The position numbers and the translations under genes are program-made. Positions 30,365 to 40,357 of a stretch of 64,000 bases of DNA are shown piece after piece (position 1 is the stretch's first letter; each line of letters begins with the position of its first letter). The stretch is from Candidatus Sericytochromatia bacterium (GTDB lineage: Bacteria > Cyanobacteriota > Sericytochromatia > S15B-MN24 > JAQBPE01): NCBI GenBank assembly GCA_040400605.1, contig JBBAPZ010000003.1, positions 126,507-190,506 of the forward strand, read 5' to 3'. The notes beneath the pieces were generated by a model that worked only from the letters and a program-made list of their open reading frames with translations, had not been told where the DNA came from and ran no database searches.

Positions 30365-31936
30365 ATGCCGCCATCCAGCGCCAATCCAATCGAATCGCTC
30401 ATCGCGCAGCACTTTGCGCACCGCTACGAGTGCTGGAATCCAGATGCGTATCTCGATACGCTGACACCGGATGCCTATGTCGTCTGTAGTGGACGAGTTG
30501 CACGGGTATCGGAAAGCACATCGGAAACATTGCGTTCCGAATGGTCCAAACTGCCATCATCACAGGATCCAAACTTTTTGTCACCCAGTCTGGAAAATTG
30601 GTTTCCAGACGACGACAATCGCGGAGTGGCCTGGGTGCGTGTCAACGAAAAAAGCACCCAAAAATCCCATCGTCTCGCACTGGGCTTGATTCGCGTGAAT
30701 ACGACGTGGCGCGTGCATTGGGCAACGGCCCAATGCCTTGAAACACCGGATTGGGCGAAGCAGGAATTGGCGGCACTTGCGGACATGGTCAGTCTCCACG
30801 CCTTGAAGTATCCCGGCGCGCATTACGTCTCATTGCTGGAGTTGGGTTACGGTCGGATGTACCACTTACCGACCCAGCGTCTCCTGGCCTTGCCAGAAAG
30901 CCGCTTCAGTTGTGCAGGAACGGGCGCCTGCTGCAGCCACGAGCTCACGATTGGCCTTGATGATGCATCTCAAACCTTCGTTCAGGCTATTGATTGGGCA
31001 AGGTTGGATCAGCGCCTGGCTGGCAAGGAATGGGTGGAGACACTGCCTGCGATTGCACAGAAGCTTGCCGGGTTCCGCCACCGTCTCAAGCGTGATCCAC
31101 AAGGGCGCTGCCATTTTTTGACGAGCGACAACCGCTGCTTGATTCACGCCCTGGCTGGCCGTGCCGTATTCAAACCCTGCCATGTTTTTCCTTACCGCTT
31201 TGCCTGGACGCCTGACGGGATCTGTGTGACCACCCACGCGATGTGTCCCACCGCACGACGCTGTCAAGGACTGCCCCTTGCAGCCCAGGAAAAGGACCTG
31301 CGCGAACGACTCGCGGTCGCAGACGTCTTGCACGCCGATAGGTACTACCTCGGTGTCGGGCAAGAAATCGACTGGATGACCTTCAAGACCATCGAAGGAC
31401 AATTGCTCGACATTTTGGGCGGGCCAGAAACAATGAGGCGCAAACTGTGGGTTGCCATGCGGTGGCTGAACCGGCGCCTGAGCGACCCCGATGCGATGAT
31501 TGGCGCGCATTGGTACGAGGAGGCCATCCAGCGGCACCCTTGGTGGGTTCGACTGGCTTTTTCGCGTTTTGGACGCATGTTTGACCCGTGTTTCAACGAC
31601 CTGGCCGGTTATTCACAAGGAACCCAACGACTGGCGGATTTTGAGTCCGAACTCACGGACGTCTGGCGTGCTTTGCTGTTCAGTAAAGCGACCACCTACC
31701 CTTACGGGCTGATCGCAGGTCTCAATTATCTGATTTTGACGTATCAGGTGCTGGAACGACAGGTGGCGCGGCACGCCAAGCGTGGTATTTCTGAGGCTTT
31801 TTGGCGGGAGTTTTATGCGGTTGTAACCAGTGGCACCTATCCGCGTATTTTGACCACGTGTCATCGCAACCCGGCCACCCAGTTGGCCCGTTTTGCGTCG
31901 GACCCTACCTGGGGTTTGACACTTCTGCGACTTTGA
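30365..31936 (+). CDS. YkgJ/FliB-like Cys-cluster protein with N-terminal SnoaL/NTF2-like domain
   Basis: FSCAGTGACC, CHFL, CLIH, PCHVFP and CPTAR cysteine motifs. The N-terminal ~125 aa has an NTF2-like pattern ending WRVHW. Confidence 0.75.
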   Translation: MPPSSANPIESLIAQHFAHRYECWNPDAYLDTLTPDAYVVCSGRVARVSESTSETLRSEWSKLPSSQDPNFLSPSLENWFPDDDNRGVAWVRVNEKSTQKSHRLALGLIRVNTTWRVHWATAQCLETPDWAKQELAALADMVSLHALKYPGAHYVSLLELGYGRMYHLPTQRLLALPESRFSCAGTGACCSHELTIGLDDASQTFVQAIDWARLDQRLAGKEWVETLPAIAQKLAGFRHRLKRDPQGRCHFLTSDNRCLIHALAGRAVFKPCHVFPYRFAWTPDGICVTTHAMCPTARRCQGLPLAAQEKDLRERLAVADVLHADRYYLGVGQEIDWMTFKTIEGQLLDILGGPETMRRKLWVAMRWLNRRLSDPDAMIGAHWYEEAIQRHPWWVRLAFSRFGRMFDPCFNDLAGYSQGTQRLADFESELTDVWRALLFSKATTYPYGLIAGLNYLILTYQVLERQVARHAKRGISEAFWREFYAVVTSGTYPRILTTCHRNPATQLARFASDPTWGLTLLRL

Positions 31937-31944
31937 TGTGATGG

Positions 31945-33279
31945 ATGTGTGTGATGAATCATCTCAAGCATTCACCTGACGGGGTGCACGATGTCATTGT
32001 GGTCGGGGGTGGCCCGGCGGGTTTGATGGCGTGTGTGGGTGCGATTCGTGCCGGCGCGAGAACGCTGTTGATCGAGAAAGGCGATCGCCTCGGACGTAAA
32101 TTGATCATCTCGGGGGGCGGTCGCTGCAATGTCACCAACGCAGGCGATATCGATCACCTCGTCACCATGATCCCCGGCAACGGCAAATTCATGCGCGGCG
32201 CCTTTGCCCAATTCTCAAATCGGGACATCATCAACCTTTTCGAAGGTCTCGGTGTTCGTCTCAAACAAGAAGACAACGGTCGGATGTTTCCTGTCACCGA
32301 CAAAGCCACCACCGTCGCAGAAACTTTGATCAGCCACTTGCGAACGGCCGGTGTCACCATACAACTGGGAGCACCGGTCAAGCAACTGACCCAAGCAGAT
32401 GGCGCAATTACCGGCCTCACCCTCCAAAACGGCGAAACAAAACGGGCGGGGGCGATCGTGGTGGCAGTGGGCGGCAAATCCGTTCCTAAAACCGGCTCAA
32501 CCGGGGACGGTTATGCGTGGGTCACCTCATTGGGACACACGGTTACCACCCTCTACCCAACCGAAGTCCCTATTTTATGCGACGCAGACTGGATCACGGA
32601 TCGCAGCGCCATGGGACTCTCCTTACGGGATGTGGCGCTCCACTTGTTCAACCACAAAGGCCAACGCCTCACCACCCAGCGCGGTGATGCCATCATCACG
32701 CACTTTGGCCTGTCTGGGCCGGCCGCCTTAAGATTGGGACACTACGTCTCTTGCGCCCTCTCAAGACAAGTTGCCCCCCTGCGCTGTTTAATCGACCTTC
32801 AACCAGACTGGCAAACCAGCGATTGGGACCACGCACTGATCAACCAATTCAACCTGCATCCCAAACGAACAATTCGCAATCACTTGTCTGAGCTCGTTCC
32901 AGAGCGACTCGTCGACACCTTGCTCCAATTGTCTCAACTCAATGGCGATGCCAATGCCTCACACCTTCCCAAAAAAAACCACCTTCAATTGTTGCAATGC
33001 CTGAAAGGCCTTCCACTCACCGTCACCGGAACGCGTTCCATTGAAGAAGCCTTTGTCACAGGCGGCGGCATCAGCCTGAAAGAAATCGACCCCAAAACGA
33101 TGGCCTCGCGCCTGGTCAAAGGGCTGCACTTCGCAGGCGAGATCATGGATGTCCACGCCCATACGGGGGGTTACAACATCACAATCGCATTCTCCAGCGG
33201 CTTCGTGGCCGGCACTTGGGCCGCCAAACACGCCCTCGCCGCACGCTGGAATCCAACCGACCACCCTCACGACAACTGA
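31945..33279 (+). CDS. HI0933/YhiN(BaiN)-family flavoprotein
   Basis: VVGGGPAG, GRKLIISGGGRCNVTN, GRMFP, GGKSVPKTGSTGDGY, VTGGG, TGGYNI motifs. Confidence 0.95.
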   Translation: MCVMNHLKHSPDGVHDVIVVGGGPAGLMACVGAIRAGARTLLIEKGDRLGRKLIISGGGRCNVTNAGDIDHLVTMIPGNGKFMRGAFAQFSNRDIINLFEGLGVRLKQEDNGRMFPVTDKATTVAETLISHLRTAGVTIQLGAPVKQLTQADGAITGLTLQNGETKRAGAIVVAVGGKSVPKTGSTGDGYAWVTSLGHTVTTLYPTEVPILCDADWITDRSAMGLSLRDVALHLFNHKGQRLTTQRGDAIITHFGLSGPAALRLGHYVSCALSRQVAPLRCLIDLQPDWQTSDWDHALINQFNLHPKRTIRNHLSELVPERLVDTLLQLSQLNGDANASHLPKKNHLQLLQCLKGLPLTVTGTRSIEEAFVTGGGISLKEIDPKTMASRLVKGLHFAGEIMDVHAHTGGYNITIAFSSGFVAGTWAAKHALAARWNPTDHPHDN

Positions 33280-33285
33280 GTCATC

Positions 33286-34365
33286 CTAATGAGTATTTGA
33301 TGGCGCCTGATGACGAACCGCTTGCGCGCGCGGGTTCATCACCTTGAACCACAATGGCGGAATCAGCGCCAAAAGAATCATTCCCGCGTAACCCGTCGGT
33401 AACTGTGGACCCTCCGGATAATGCTGGAGGGCCTCATACCGCCGCATCGCATTCATGTGATGGTCGGCGTGGCGCTGTAATCGCACCAAAAAATAATTGG
33501 TCAAACGATTGGCCGAAGACCACGAATGGGCTACACCCACTTTTTCATAACGCCCAGGACCCAGTTCCTCCCGCTCGAGCCCGTAGTGCTCCAGATAGTT
33601 GGTTACTTCGAGCAAAGAAAACGCCACGACACCTTGTAGAACATAAAACAGCAAGGCAGTCTCACCCCACACAGATGCCAACCCGGCAGCGTAGATAATC
33701 GGCAAAACCACAAACCACAACATCTGGTTGCGCCAATGCAAACTTGAAAGCCCCAATCGCGTCAACCGTTGTTGCTCAAGGTGCCACGCACTCAAGAAAC
33801 TGCCAATCACCGTTCGCGGGTAAAATCGGTACACCGATTCACCCAGGCGTGCGCTAGCTGGGTCATCCTTCGTCGCCACACGCCCATGGTGACCAATCAG
33901 GTGCTCAATGGTGAAGTGCATGTATAACGCATGCAACAACAACAACTGACCCAAGCTACGCTCAAGCCAGTTGGTCTTGTGAATCAACTCGTGTGCAACG
34001 GTGATACCGACACCACCCGAACAAACCCCCACAGACAACACCAAACCTGCCAGTTCCCACCACTCAAACGCGCGTTGGCTCACCTGCCAGGCTGCAAACA
34101 GAACCACCGCCATGATGGCCGGTGCAATCAAATGCGTGATGGCCCTGTAACCCCAAGCAGCCAAACGTGGATGCGACTCCCGTGGGTTCTTGTTGACCCG
34201 GTCTTCACCCAACAAGACATCCAGTGTCGGCACGACGCCAAAGACCAGAACAACAGCAGCCCACGTCCACCAGCCACCCCAAAGGAGACCCATAATGGCG
34301 AGAGCCAGTGGAGAAAACACCACTGCATAGGGAATGACGCTCAATAATGCCAACATGTACATCAC
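33286..34365 (-). CDS. alkB: Alkane 1-monooxygenase (membrane di-iron)
   Basis: All His boxes present: AHELIHK, EHLIGHH, NYLEHYGL, LQRHADHH. Also DDPASARLGES and PQLPTGY. Confidence 0.93.
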   Translation of the reverse strand: MMYMLALLSVIPYAVVFSPLALAIMGLLWGGWWTWAAVVLVFGVVPTLDVLLGEDRVNKNPRESHPRLAAWGYRAITHLIAPAIMAVVLFAAWQVSQRAFEWWELAGLVLSVGVCSGGVGITVAHELIHKTNWLERSLGQLLLLHALYMHFTIEHLIGHHGRVATKDDPASARLGESVYRFYPRTVIGSFLSAWHLEQQRLTRLGLSSLHWRNQMLWFVVLPIIYAAGLASVWGETALLFYVLQGVVAFSLLEVTNYLEHYGLEREELGPGRYEKVGVAHSWSSANRLTNYFLVRLQRHADHHMNAMRRYEALQHYPEGPQLPTGYAGMILLALIPPLWFKVMNPRAQAVRHQAPSNTH

Positions 34366-34471
34366 CTCGTGGCCTCAGGAACAACCTGATTGACGCACAC
34401 CTTCGTGCAATCGTCGGTGATCGAATCGACAGACCGGCACCCCTCAATTGCCACCCCGGCGCCCAATGCTT

Positions 34472-35206
34472 TTATACCCTGTTGACACCGGTTTCAATCG
34501 TATTCAAGGTCTGTCTCATCAGGTTCTGCATCGCCACTGGTGAGACTGGCGCACCCTCAGCGTGGGCGATCGCCAGGCCGAAACCATCGTTTCGTCGCCA
34601 GTGTGCCACTACACAGCCGCCCGCGTATCGCACCGCGACGGTATCTTGGTGCAACTGCCCCAGACACAAAGCATGCAAACCCGTTGTCTGGCCGCCAAGC
34701 AGTTTATACGCGGCTTCCTTGATTCCCCACACAGCCAAGCTGGCGTGGGCACCCCACACACCCGACGCCAGCGCTGCCTGTTCGGATTGATGCATAAACA
34801 ACCGATGTGTGGCGGGGTTCAATGCGCGCAGCCCCTCCAGATCAATGCCAATTGGATAGGGTGCGGCGATCGCCACTGCCCAACCACCCGTGTGACTAAG
34901 CGACAAACCCCACGCATCCAGCGCATCCTGCGGCAGGACAAAGACAGGCTGTCCACCATCACCACGGTGAATAACCACATCACACAGCGAAACAGCGACA
35001 GGACTCGCTTGCGCCAAGGCACGTTTGGCAGCCAAACGCCCCAGCAGCCAATCCCTGCGACGTTTGGGCACGGTCAAACGCTCAAACATCTCACGCTCCA
35101 CCCGATGAAGCGCTGCTTCAGCTGATTCCAATTCGTCCGTGGTCGCGCGCGCAAGGCCGATGAAGGGAACCGGATGGGGCGAATGTGTGGGTGCCTGGCT
35201 CTCCAT
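34472..35206 (-). CDS. 4'-phosphopantetheinyl transferase (Sfp/EntD-like)
   Basis: KRRRDWLLGRLAAK, GQP, LSLSHT, IGIDLE, WGIKEAAYK. Confidence 0.9.
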   Translation of the reverse strand: MESQAPTHSPHPVPFIGLARATTDELESAEAALHRVEREMFERLTVPKRRRDWLLGRLAAKRALAQASPVAVSLCDVVIHRGDGGQPVFVLPQDALDAWGLSLSHTGGWAVAIAAPYPIGIDLEGLRALNPATHRLFMHQSEQAALASGVWGAHASLAVWGIKEAAYKLLGGQTTGLHALCLGQLHQDTVAVRYAGGCVVAHWRRNDGFGLAIAHAEGAPVSPVAMQNLMRQTLNTIETGVNRV

Positions 35207-35266
35207 AGACAGCGCATGTTACCATGGTCCTTTATCCGGTTCGTGACGTGGGATAAAGAGGAATAA

Positions 35267-36967
35267 TTGACGATGGACGCCGTACCCTCACAAACAGCCA
35301 CTCAGTCGCCTGAAACGTCGCTGGATTTCATTCGCGAAATCATTGAAGCTGACCTCGCAGCGGGCAAACACGCGCAGATTGTGGTGCGTTTTCCGCCCGA
35401 ACCGAACGGTTATCTGCACATTGGACACGGCAAAGCCATCTGTCTGAACTTCCGGCTGGCCGAACAGTACGGGGGGCGCTGTCATCTGCGTTTCGATGAC
35501 ACCAACCCGGCCAAGGAAGAAGTCGAGTTTGTCGAGTCGATTCAAGACGATGTGCGCTGGTTGGGTTTTGAGTGGGAACCCCATCTGTATTTTGCCTCGG
35601 ACTACTTCGAGAAGCTGTATGAATATGCCATCGAATTGATTCATAAGGGGTTGGCCTATGTGGACAGCCTGAGCCAGGAAGATGTTCGGGAGTACCGGGG
35701 CACACCAACAACCCCGGGGCGCAACAGTCCTTACCGTGATCGCAGCGTCACCGAGAACCTCGAACTGTTCAAGCAGATGCGCTCAGGCGCATTTGCCGAT
35801 GGGGCGTGCGTGTTGCGTGCGAAGATTGACATGGCATCACCGAATCTGCTTTTGCGCGACCCGGTGCTGTACCGCATCAAGCGTGCCCATCACGTGCGAA
35901 CAGCCGATACCTGGTGCATTTACCCGATGTACGATTATGCCCACCCGATATCCGATGCACTCGAGGGCATCACCCACTCAATTTGCACCTTGGAGTATGA
36001 GGATCACCGGCCACTCTACGACTGGGTGCTCGACAACATCAGCATTGACTGCCATCCTCGGCAGATCGAATTCGCGCGCCTTAACTTGACCTACACCGTG
36101 ATGAGCAAGCGTTTTTTGCGTCAACTGGTGGATGCCAAACTGGTAACAGGGTGGGATGATCCGCGCATGCCAACCCTTGCGGGGATGCGCCGTCGGGGTT
36201 ACCCGCCCGCGGCCATCCGCGCGTTCTGCCAAGCCATTGGCGTCACCAAGGCCAACAGTGTCTGCGACTTTGGCCAGTTGGAATACTATATCCGCCAGGA
36301 ACTCAACCAAAAGGCCACCCGACGCATGGTGGTGCTGGATCCGATCAAGGTTGTCATCGAAAATTATCCAGAAGACGAGGTTGAGTGGTTCATAGGCGAC
36401 AACAACCCCGAAAACCCCGCGGACGGCACCCGAGAAATTCCATTCTCGCGAACGCTTTACATTGAGCGGGACGATTTCCGTGAGGTGGCGCCCAAGAAAT
36501 TCTTCCGGCTCAGCGTCGGCAGCGAAGTACGCCTGAAGCATGCCTACTGCATCACCTGCCGTGAGGTGGTCAAGGATGAAGCTGGTGAGATTATTGAACT
36601 GAGGTGTGTGTATGACCCACACAGCCGGGGTCAGACCTTGGATGGTCGCGTGGTGAAAGGCACCTTGCACTGGGTGAGTGCCGCACACGCCGTGCCGATC
36701 GAGGCGCGCATTTACGACCACCTCCTACGGCAACCCGTTTCGACCGGCGACTTACACGCTGACTTCAACCCGGAATCGCTGAAGGTTTTGCACGCAGCCC
36801 TCGCGGAGCCTGCGATCGCTTATGCGGGTGTCGGTGACGCTTTCCAGTTCCTGCGCATCGGGTATTTCACGCCGGATCCTGACAGCACGCCCCAAAAACC
36901 CGTCTTCAATCGTTCAGCCACCCTCAAAGACACCTGGGCCAAATTGGAAAAGCGGCTTAATCAATAA
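35267..36967 (+). CDS. glnS: Glutamine--tRNA ligase
   Basis: RFPPEPNGYLHIGH, RFDDTNP, THSICTLEY, VMSKR, GWDDPRMPT, VKGTLHWVS. Confidence 0.97.
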   Translation: MTMDAVPSQTATQSPETSLDFIREIIEADLAAGKHAQIVVRFPPEPNGYLHIGHGKAICLNFRLAEQYGGRCHLRFDDTNPAKEEVEFVESIQDDVRWLGFEWEPHLYFASDYFEKLYEYAIELIHKGLAYVDSLSQEDVREYRGTPTTPGRNSPYRDRSVTENLELFKQMRSGAFADGACVLRAKIDMASPNLLLRDPVLYRIKRAHHVRTADTWCIYPMYDYAHPISDALEGITHSICTLEYEDHRPLYDWVLDNISIDCHPRQIEFARLNLTYTVMSKRFLRQLVDAKLVTGWDDPRMPTLAGMRRRGYPPAAIRAFCQAIGVTKANSVCDFGQLEYYIRQELNQKATRRMVVLDPIKVVIENYPEDEVEWFIGDNNPENPADGTREIPFSRTLYIERDDFREVAPKKFFRLSVGSEVRLKHAYCITCREVVKDEAGEIIELRCVYDPHSRGQTLDGRVVKGTLHWVSAAHAVPIEARIYDHLLRQPVSTGDLHADFNPESLKVLHAALAEPAIAYAGVGDAFQFLRIGYFTPDPDSTPQKPVFNRSATLKDTWAKLEKRLNQ

Positions 36968-37408
36968 GCCCGCCTTGATGGCGAAAAGCTGCGTCAAGTC
37001 CGTCCTGTTCCAGCGAGAAAAAGGATGGACTTGATGCAAACTGTTGGAGCGCCGGGTGAACACACCGCGCCAAGTTCATGCAGTAACGCGTTGGTTGATC
37101 ATCAGATTTTGGCTGTTAATCAATAACAGGAAGCCAGTGTCTGACGTTTTAAGTACGCCACTTGCGCTTTGAAGAAAAACCGATGCAACACTTGAACGCT
37201 CATTCTGTCAGTATGGCGCAGCAAGCGCGGCGATATCCCACCATGTCGGGGTTGTCTACCTCTCAGAATATGGTCCGTCGCGATTGTTTCCACTAAATTA
37301 CCTCAATCACTTGACCGCACGTGGGTTTCAGTTTAAGCTTTTCTTAAATCGACAATTGAATTCACTTTTGTACTTAGCCCCTGAGATAACCGAAGTAAGG
37401 ACCCTTGC

Positions 37409-37861
37409 ATGCGCCTTTACCGTAACTCATTGGTGAGCCTGTCTATTATTGCCATCGGGCTCGCGTTGAGCGCCTGTGGCGCGCAGCCAGCGGTCAGGCT
37501 GCCGGGACAAGGACAACTACAGGCTGCCAAGGCGACTACAGAAGCTATCCCCGAAGCCAGTGCCTTTAAGGTCATTGAAGGCACTGTCACTAAAATTTTA
37601 CCTGATGACACTCGCGGCCTTCCGCATCAAAATTTTGTCGTGAGCGCGATGATTGTTGATGCGCGGCAAGCGGTGACGGTCAACCACAATACTTTGAACG
37701 GTGCCCGGGTTAAAAATCTCAAAGTGGGTCAATCCCTCACGATTCGGGGTGTGATGTATCGTAACAAGAATCGTGCCGTTGGCATCCATTGGACGCACAA
37801 AGCCGTCAAAGATGGTGATGCAGGGTATATCAAGACCGCAGACGGGGTTGTTTATCAGTAA
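37409..37861 (+). CDS. DUF3465-like OB-fold lipoprotein
   Basis: Lipobox LSAC. GTVTKILPDD.RGLPHQNF, VNHN, IHWTH and GYIK motifs. Confidence 0.8.
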   Translation: MRLYRNSLVSLSIIAIGLALSACGAQPAVRLPGQGQLQAAKATTEAIPEASAFKVIEGTVTKILPDDTRGLPHQNFVVSAMIVDARQAVTVNHNTLNGARVKNLKVGQSLTIRGVMYRNKNRAVGIHWTHKAVKDGDAGYIKTADGVVYQ

Positions 37862-38183
37862 AGTGGTCAGAACTTTCCACTGACTTGATACATAAATGTT
37901 TCTAATCACGTAACCAAATAGAACCAAGCAATCCGCACAGTGTTTCAGCGGCAAGCAGCAAGTACTCAAGGCAGCATATTGGGTGTTTGGCCGCAAATGT
38001 TGTGCTCGCTGCTCGATACTCACCTGCTCACGAGACCTACGCTTGAACCGCATCACTATTACGACACACGACTCCGCGTGACCCCTTTGATAACAAAATC
38101 AGCCATAGCATAGTCGAAAAAGCGTTCAGTTATCCTGACACGTCGAAAAACCAACCGTTCGAAGCATCGCGCAGACAATGTAG

Positions 38184-38218
38184 AACGGGCCGCACCCACA
38201 AAACAGGGGCGGCCCGTT
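38184..38218 (-). terminator. Hairpin terminator downstream of htpG
   Basis: AACGGGCCGC...GCGGCCCGTT 10-bp stem about 24 nt after the htpG stop. Confidence 0.65.
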
Positions 38219-38241
38219 TATCGCGATTTAGTTCAACCCGT

Positions 38242-40065
38242 TCAAGCCTGCGGTGACAACAGTTTATGAGCGCGCGCAATAAAGCGTGTCAGGTCGTCGC
38301 CTTTGAGACCATCGTGTGCCAAACGCGCGAGATCATAGATATGTTCAGCCAATTCCTGTCCCCGTTGTCCGTCGGTTGATGCAAGCAACTGCTGGACGAC
38401 CGGGCTGTTGGCATTCAGGACGAGGGTCTTGCTCGCTGGCATCTCGAAGCGATCCTTCCACATCGCCGACATATCCGCAAACCGCCGCTCCATTTCGTTT
38501 TGCGTGATCAACCCCGAAATGTCGGCTGATTTCAGGCGCTGAACTTCCACGGTAACACCGCGATCGGTCAAGAAACGTTCCGCCGCTTCCTTCAGGCGCT
38601 CATCCTGGGTCTTGCCCTCGGCGTCAAGCACCTGTGCCGCCTCGGTATCTCGCAACTCATCACTGATGCCCGCATCCACTCGCACCCATTTGATGTCCCG
38701 ATTCTTGTTCTCCAGCAACTGAATGAAATGCACATCAAGGGGACCGTGGGTATACAGCGCTTCCAACCCTTGTGCCTTAAACAGTGAGACATAGGTCGTC
38801 TGGGCGTCACCCGCTTCAGCATAATAAACCTTTTGGCGGTTCGCTTCGGATTGCCGGGAGAGGTACTCTTCAACCGAGCTAAAGCCGTCGTTGCTGCTAC
38901 GGAAGAGTACCGCCTCTTTGGCCGCATCGTAAAACTTGTCGTCTTCGAGCATCCCGAATTTGACAAACGGGTGGATGTCATCCCAATACCCCTCAAACTT
39001 TTCGCGCTGGGTGCGGAAAAGTTGTGTCAGGCGATCCGCCACCTTTTTAGTAATGTGACCCGCGATTTTCTTGACGTACGGATCATTTTGCAACATCGAA
39101 CGGCTCACATTGAGCGGAATGTCGGGACAATCGATCATGCCTTTCAGCACCGTCAGAAACCGCGGCAACACATCTTGCACATTCTCCGTCACGAAGACGT
39201 TGTTGCAGTAAAGCTGCACCTGTCCCTTCGACACATCAAACTCATGCTTCAGTTTCGGGAAGAACAGCACCCCTTGCAAACGGAATGGGTAGTCAACATT
39301 GAGATGGATCCAAAACAGCGGATCCTCCTGAAAAGGGTACGCGGCGCGGAAAAAAGTCAGATAATCATCATCACTCAGGCTACTGGGGGCTTGCGTCCAA
39401 ATGGGTGCCCGGTCGTTGACTAACGCACCATCCAAATGAATCTCAACAGGCAGGTAACGCGCATACTTTTCCAAAACATGCCGCACCCGTGCAGACTCCA
39501 AAAACTCCAACGACTCCGCACTCAAATGCAATACGATATCTGTCCCACGGGTAGCACGGGCACCCGGCTTCAATTCAAACGACAGGCCGCCTTCACACGA
39601 CCAATGACAGGGCTCGACACCCGTTTTGTAACTGAGTGTCTCAATTTCAACTTTATCCGACACCATGAACGCAGAGTAGAACCCCAAGCCAAAATGCCCA
39701 ATGATCCCGCTCTTCTCACCCTCAACTTCGTAACGCTTCACGAAATCCTGGGCACCGGAAAACGCCACGGTATTGATATACTGGCGCACCTCCTCCGCAC
39801 TCATCCCAATGCCATTGTCACTGATGGTCAAGGTCTTGTTGTCTTTATCAATGCGCACATCCACACGATACGGACCACACTCACCCAAGTTCTCAATTAA
39901 CGCGACATGCTTCAGCTTGCTGACAGCATCCACCGCATTGGAAACAAGTTCCCGCAGAAAAATTTCGTGATCCGAGTACAGCCACTTCTTGATAATCGGC
40001 AAAATGTTTTCAGCGTGAATGGACAGTTGTCCTTGCTCACCGGCACTTGGGGTTTCCACAGTCAT
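38242..40065 (-). CDS. htpG: Chaperone HtpG (Hsp90)
   Basis: ENILPIIKKWLYSDHEIFLRELVSNAVDA, DNGIGM, IIGHFGLGFYSAFMV, DIPLNVSRS. Start at ATG 40065 after GGAG. Confidence 0.97.
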   Translation of the reverse strand: MTVETPSAGEQGQLSIHAENILPIIKKWLYSDHEIFLRELVSNAVDAVSKLKHVALIENLGECGPYRVDVRIDKDNKTLTISDNGIGMSAEEVRQYINTVAFSGAQDFVKRYEVEGEKSGIIGHFGLGFYSAFMVSDKVEIETLSYKTGVEPCHWSCEGGLSFELKPGARATRGTDIVLHLSAESLEFLESARVRHVLEKYARYLPVEIHLDGALVNDRAPIWTQAPSSLSDDDYLTFFRAAYPFQEDPLFWIHLNVDYPFRLQGVLFFPKLKHEFDVSKGQVQLYCNNVFVTENVQDVLPRFLTVLKGMIDCPDIPLNVSRSMLQNDPYVKKIAGHITKKVADRLTQLFRTQREKFEGYWDDIHPFVKFGMLEDDKFYDAAKEAVLFRSSNDGFSSVEEYLSRQSEANRQKVYYAEAGDAQTTYVSLFKAQGLEALYTHGPLDVHFIQLLENKNRDIKWVRVDAGISDELRDTEAAQVLDAEGKTQDERLKEAAERFLTDRGVTVEVQRLKSADISGLITQNEMERRFADMSAMWKDRFEMPASKTLVLNANSPVVQQLLASTDGQRGQELAEHIYDLARLAHDGLKGDDLTRFIARAHKLLSPQA

Positions 40066-40124
40066 CCTTAACACTCCATAAATGGACGCGCGCCACGCGC
40101 ACGAACGGGGACTACAGTCATCCA

Positions 40125-40155
40125 TGTATAGCGACTTGAGTCTTGTATTGTCAAG
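40125..40155 (-). promoter_or_regulatory. htpG promoter with HAIR-like (HspR) inverted repeat
   Basis: Minus strand CTTGACA-atacaag-ACTCAAG versus HAIR CTTGAGT-N7-ACTCAAG. It contains the -35 TTGACA, with TATACA 18 nt downstream. Confidence 0.7.
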
Positions 40156-40357
40156 ATTCACCAACGTGCGAGCCAAGTGACCTGGCCATCCATTCATTCC
40201 GCATCACGGTGGTTGAGAGCGATTGCTCCGCGTTTGATTGTTTTCATCCCTGACTATGCCAGCAAACCGACCACGACGTGGTCACAAAAACACCGGGTTT
40301 CGGCATCATCATCCCATGCGCCTTCAGTGTTCAAGAAAAGGCTTGGTTAACGGGCAT

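Noticed and set aside
40066..40197. N-terminal extension of HtpG in the ORF track
   Set aside because: It overlaps the promoter/HAIR site. The RBS and homology support ATG 40065.
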